A DNA stretch of 64,000 nucleotides from Moniliella sp. 'wahieum' (Eukaryota). Location: contig RSEE01000063.1 in assembly GCA_003971905.1 (NCBI GenBank), positions 1 through 64,000 on the forward strand. Reading direction: 5' to 3'. The translations under genes were made by a program, and so were the position numbers. This document shows, piece after piece, positions 62,301-64,000 of this stretch (the first letter of the stretch is position 1; each line of letters begins with the position of its first letter). A model generated the notes under the pieces. It made no database searches. It saw only the letters and a program-made list of their open reading frames with translations, and was not told the DNA's origin.

Positions 62301-64000
62301 GTCGCAGCGTACATGGAGCTGGCCGATCAGTTTGAAGCGGCGACGCTTCGCTGGATCGAAACCAAGGGGAAAGACCCGGAGGTGGTGAAAGAACGCGCGC
62401 TGCTCAAGCGCAAGTTGCGTGTAGCAGCGTTTGACAAGATGCCCTATGTACGCGGCAAGACGATCTACCACCGTCAAGGCACCCTCGATGGCTTGGGCCG
62501 AGTCACCTGGGTGTACAAGACCAAGGACGGCCAGTTTGCTGCGCCACGTGATTGGACGACGGGATCACTATGCCACGTTGCTCCGGGAAATCAATGAGTT
62601 GGAAGCTGGCGCGTCCGTGGCCGAGGTGGAGCGTAAGACGGAATCGGCCATTGCCCAACGTGACTGGTTGACGCTCTATGGCGACGCGTATGCCGCTCAT
62701 GAATTGAAGGTGTGCCTTTGGACCGCGCCGCGGCCAAGCCCAGCAGCATTCGGCTCCGGCCGCTGCGTCTGCGCATAAACGTCATCGCGCGGGCAAGCAC
62801 CACCACCACTCCCATCCTGCCGGGCAGAATGGCGGGGTGTGCTGCGGCAGCGGCAGGTGCTGCGGTAGGTGCAGCAGGTGGGTACGCAGCTGCGTCCTCT
62901 CCCTATGCCGGACAGGGACGTTCCGAGACAAGTCCTGTGCGGGAAGACTGGACGAACGACATGGAAGCGCGATCGGGATCGTTGTCGTTGGCGCATCGAA
63001 ACTCGTCGGGTACAGCGCCCACGGATCCAGCTTGGACCGACCGGTCCACCCCGCCGCCGAAGCAGCCTGACGTGCAGAAAACGCGCTCGATGCCCGTGAT
63101 CCAAGCCAAGCCAGCTGTGCCGGCGGCCGGCGGGTTGGGCTGGTTTGGTACGCACGAATCGGAAGACGGATACACTTCGTCGGAAGATATGTTTTTCGAT
63201 ACGACGGAAGCGCACATGGACGATTTGGCGCGTGCGCGCGCCTATGTGCCTCCCGGACACGCCAATGCCGCATCAGGCCGCACACGGTTAAACGCAGCAC
63301 CACCGCGACCGTCGCAGCCGTCATTCCTCCACCGGGGACCAGGCACGTTTGCCGATGACTTGGCTTCCTCCCAGCTTGGGACACGGACCCCTCGCGCTCT
63401 GGCTTCGTTGCCCGCATGCCGTCGGCCAGCGACCGCTCGGGCGATGACGGTCGTTCAGCGCGCGCTCGGGCGGCGCCAGGTCGGGACGTCGGTCCATGGG
63501 CGGCCGTTCGGGCGGCGGCCGTTCGGCAGGCGGTCGGTCCGACATGGGCCGGTCGGATGCTGGAGGTCGGACGCGGGGCGGTCGGATGCAGGTCGTTCTG
63601 TGGGCGGACGGTCGGATGCGGGACGTTCCTTCGGCGGAGTCGGAAGACTGCGTGGTCCGAGCGAGTTTGGTCGTCGTTCGTACCGTTCCCATCATGGTGG
63701 ATACAATGAGTACGGTGCACCGTCTCGCTACTCGTCCTACTCTGGCCCGATGCGCGTGACGGCGGGTCGGCCGGCTTGGCCGCCTCGCCTGGGTCGGCGG
63801 TGCAGCTGTACGGCGGCTCGTACCACTACGCCCCGGGTTCGTACGATCGGCATGCCAGTACGCTCGACACGGACGATTTGGCGTTACTCTATCCTGCTAA
63901 TGGGACGCACCAGTCTCGGGGCAAACGGCGCGGCGCTGCGTGCAAGGCGCGTCCGTCTTGTTTTCTCCTACTTCCCGCGCAGCCAGTTCCACCCCGGCCT
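59359..64000 (+). CDS. CSR1: Sec14/CRAL-TRIO lipid-transfer protein (Csr1/Sfh2-like) with two tandem modules and a long low-complexity tail; probably continues past the window
   Basis: GYAGNLT; DNPDSICLRFLRARKWDV; NMDW..ILFIVKC; second copy DDPDGALLRFLRARKWDV, CLEAFYPES, APWIFSGIWK..LDPVVRSKI; introns 60452-60533 and 61910-61992. Confidence 0.85.

Overview
GC-rich fungal genomic DNA, most likely a basidiomycete (Ustilaginomycotina-like: few, short GT-AG introns and TTAGGG telomere repeats). The window starts with about 3 telomeric repeats fused directly into the coding sequence of an m-AAA protease gene (AFG3/YTA12 family). That gene is also split by a complete, very young Ty1/copia LTR retrotransposon (193-5245, 5-bp TSD CTCAC), whose gag and pol are separated by a single in-frame UAG. 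The rest is ordinary chromosome-arm content: a G1-type cyclin, NPR3, a GPI-anchored Ser/Gly-rich protein, phospholipase B, a GH5 glucanase, two Zn-finger transcription factors, SKI2, a membrane protein with an AT-hook tail, PHO13, an AGTRAP-like protein, an intron-containing tRNA-His, a protein with two tandem dynein-light-chain (LC8)-like domains, an IKS1 kinase, and a double Sec14/CRAL-TRIO protein running off the right end. Nearly all genes carry many 1-bp frameshifts, most likely unpolished long-read errors, so gene boundaries are approximate. All family assignments come from motif recognition by eye; no searches were run.
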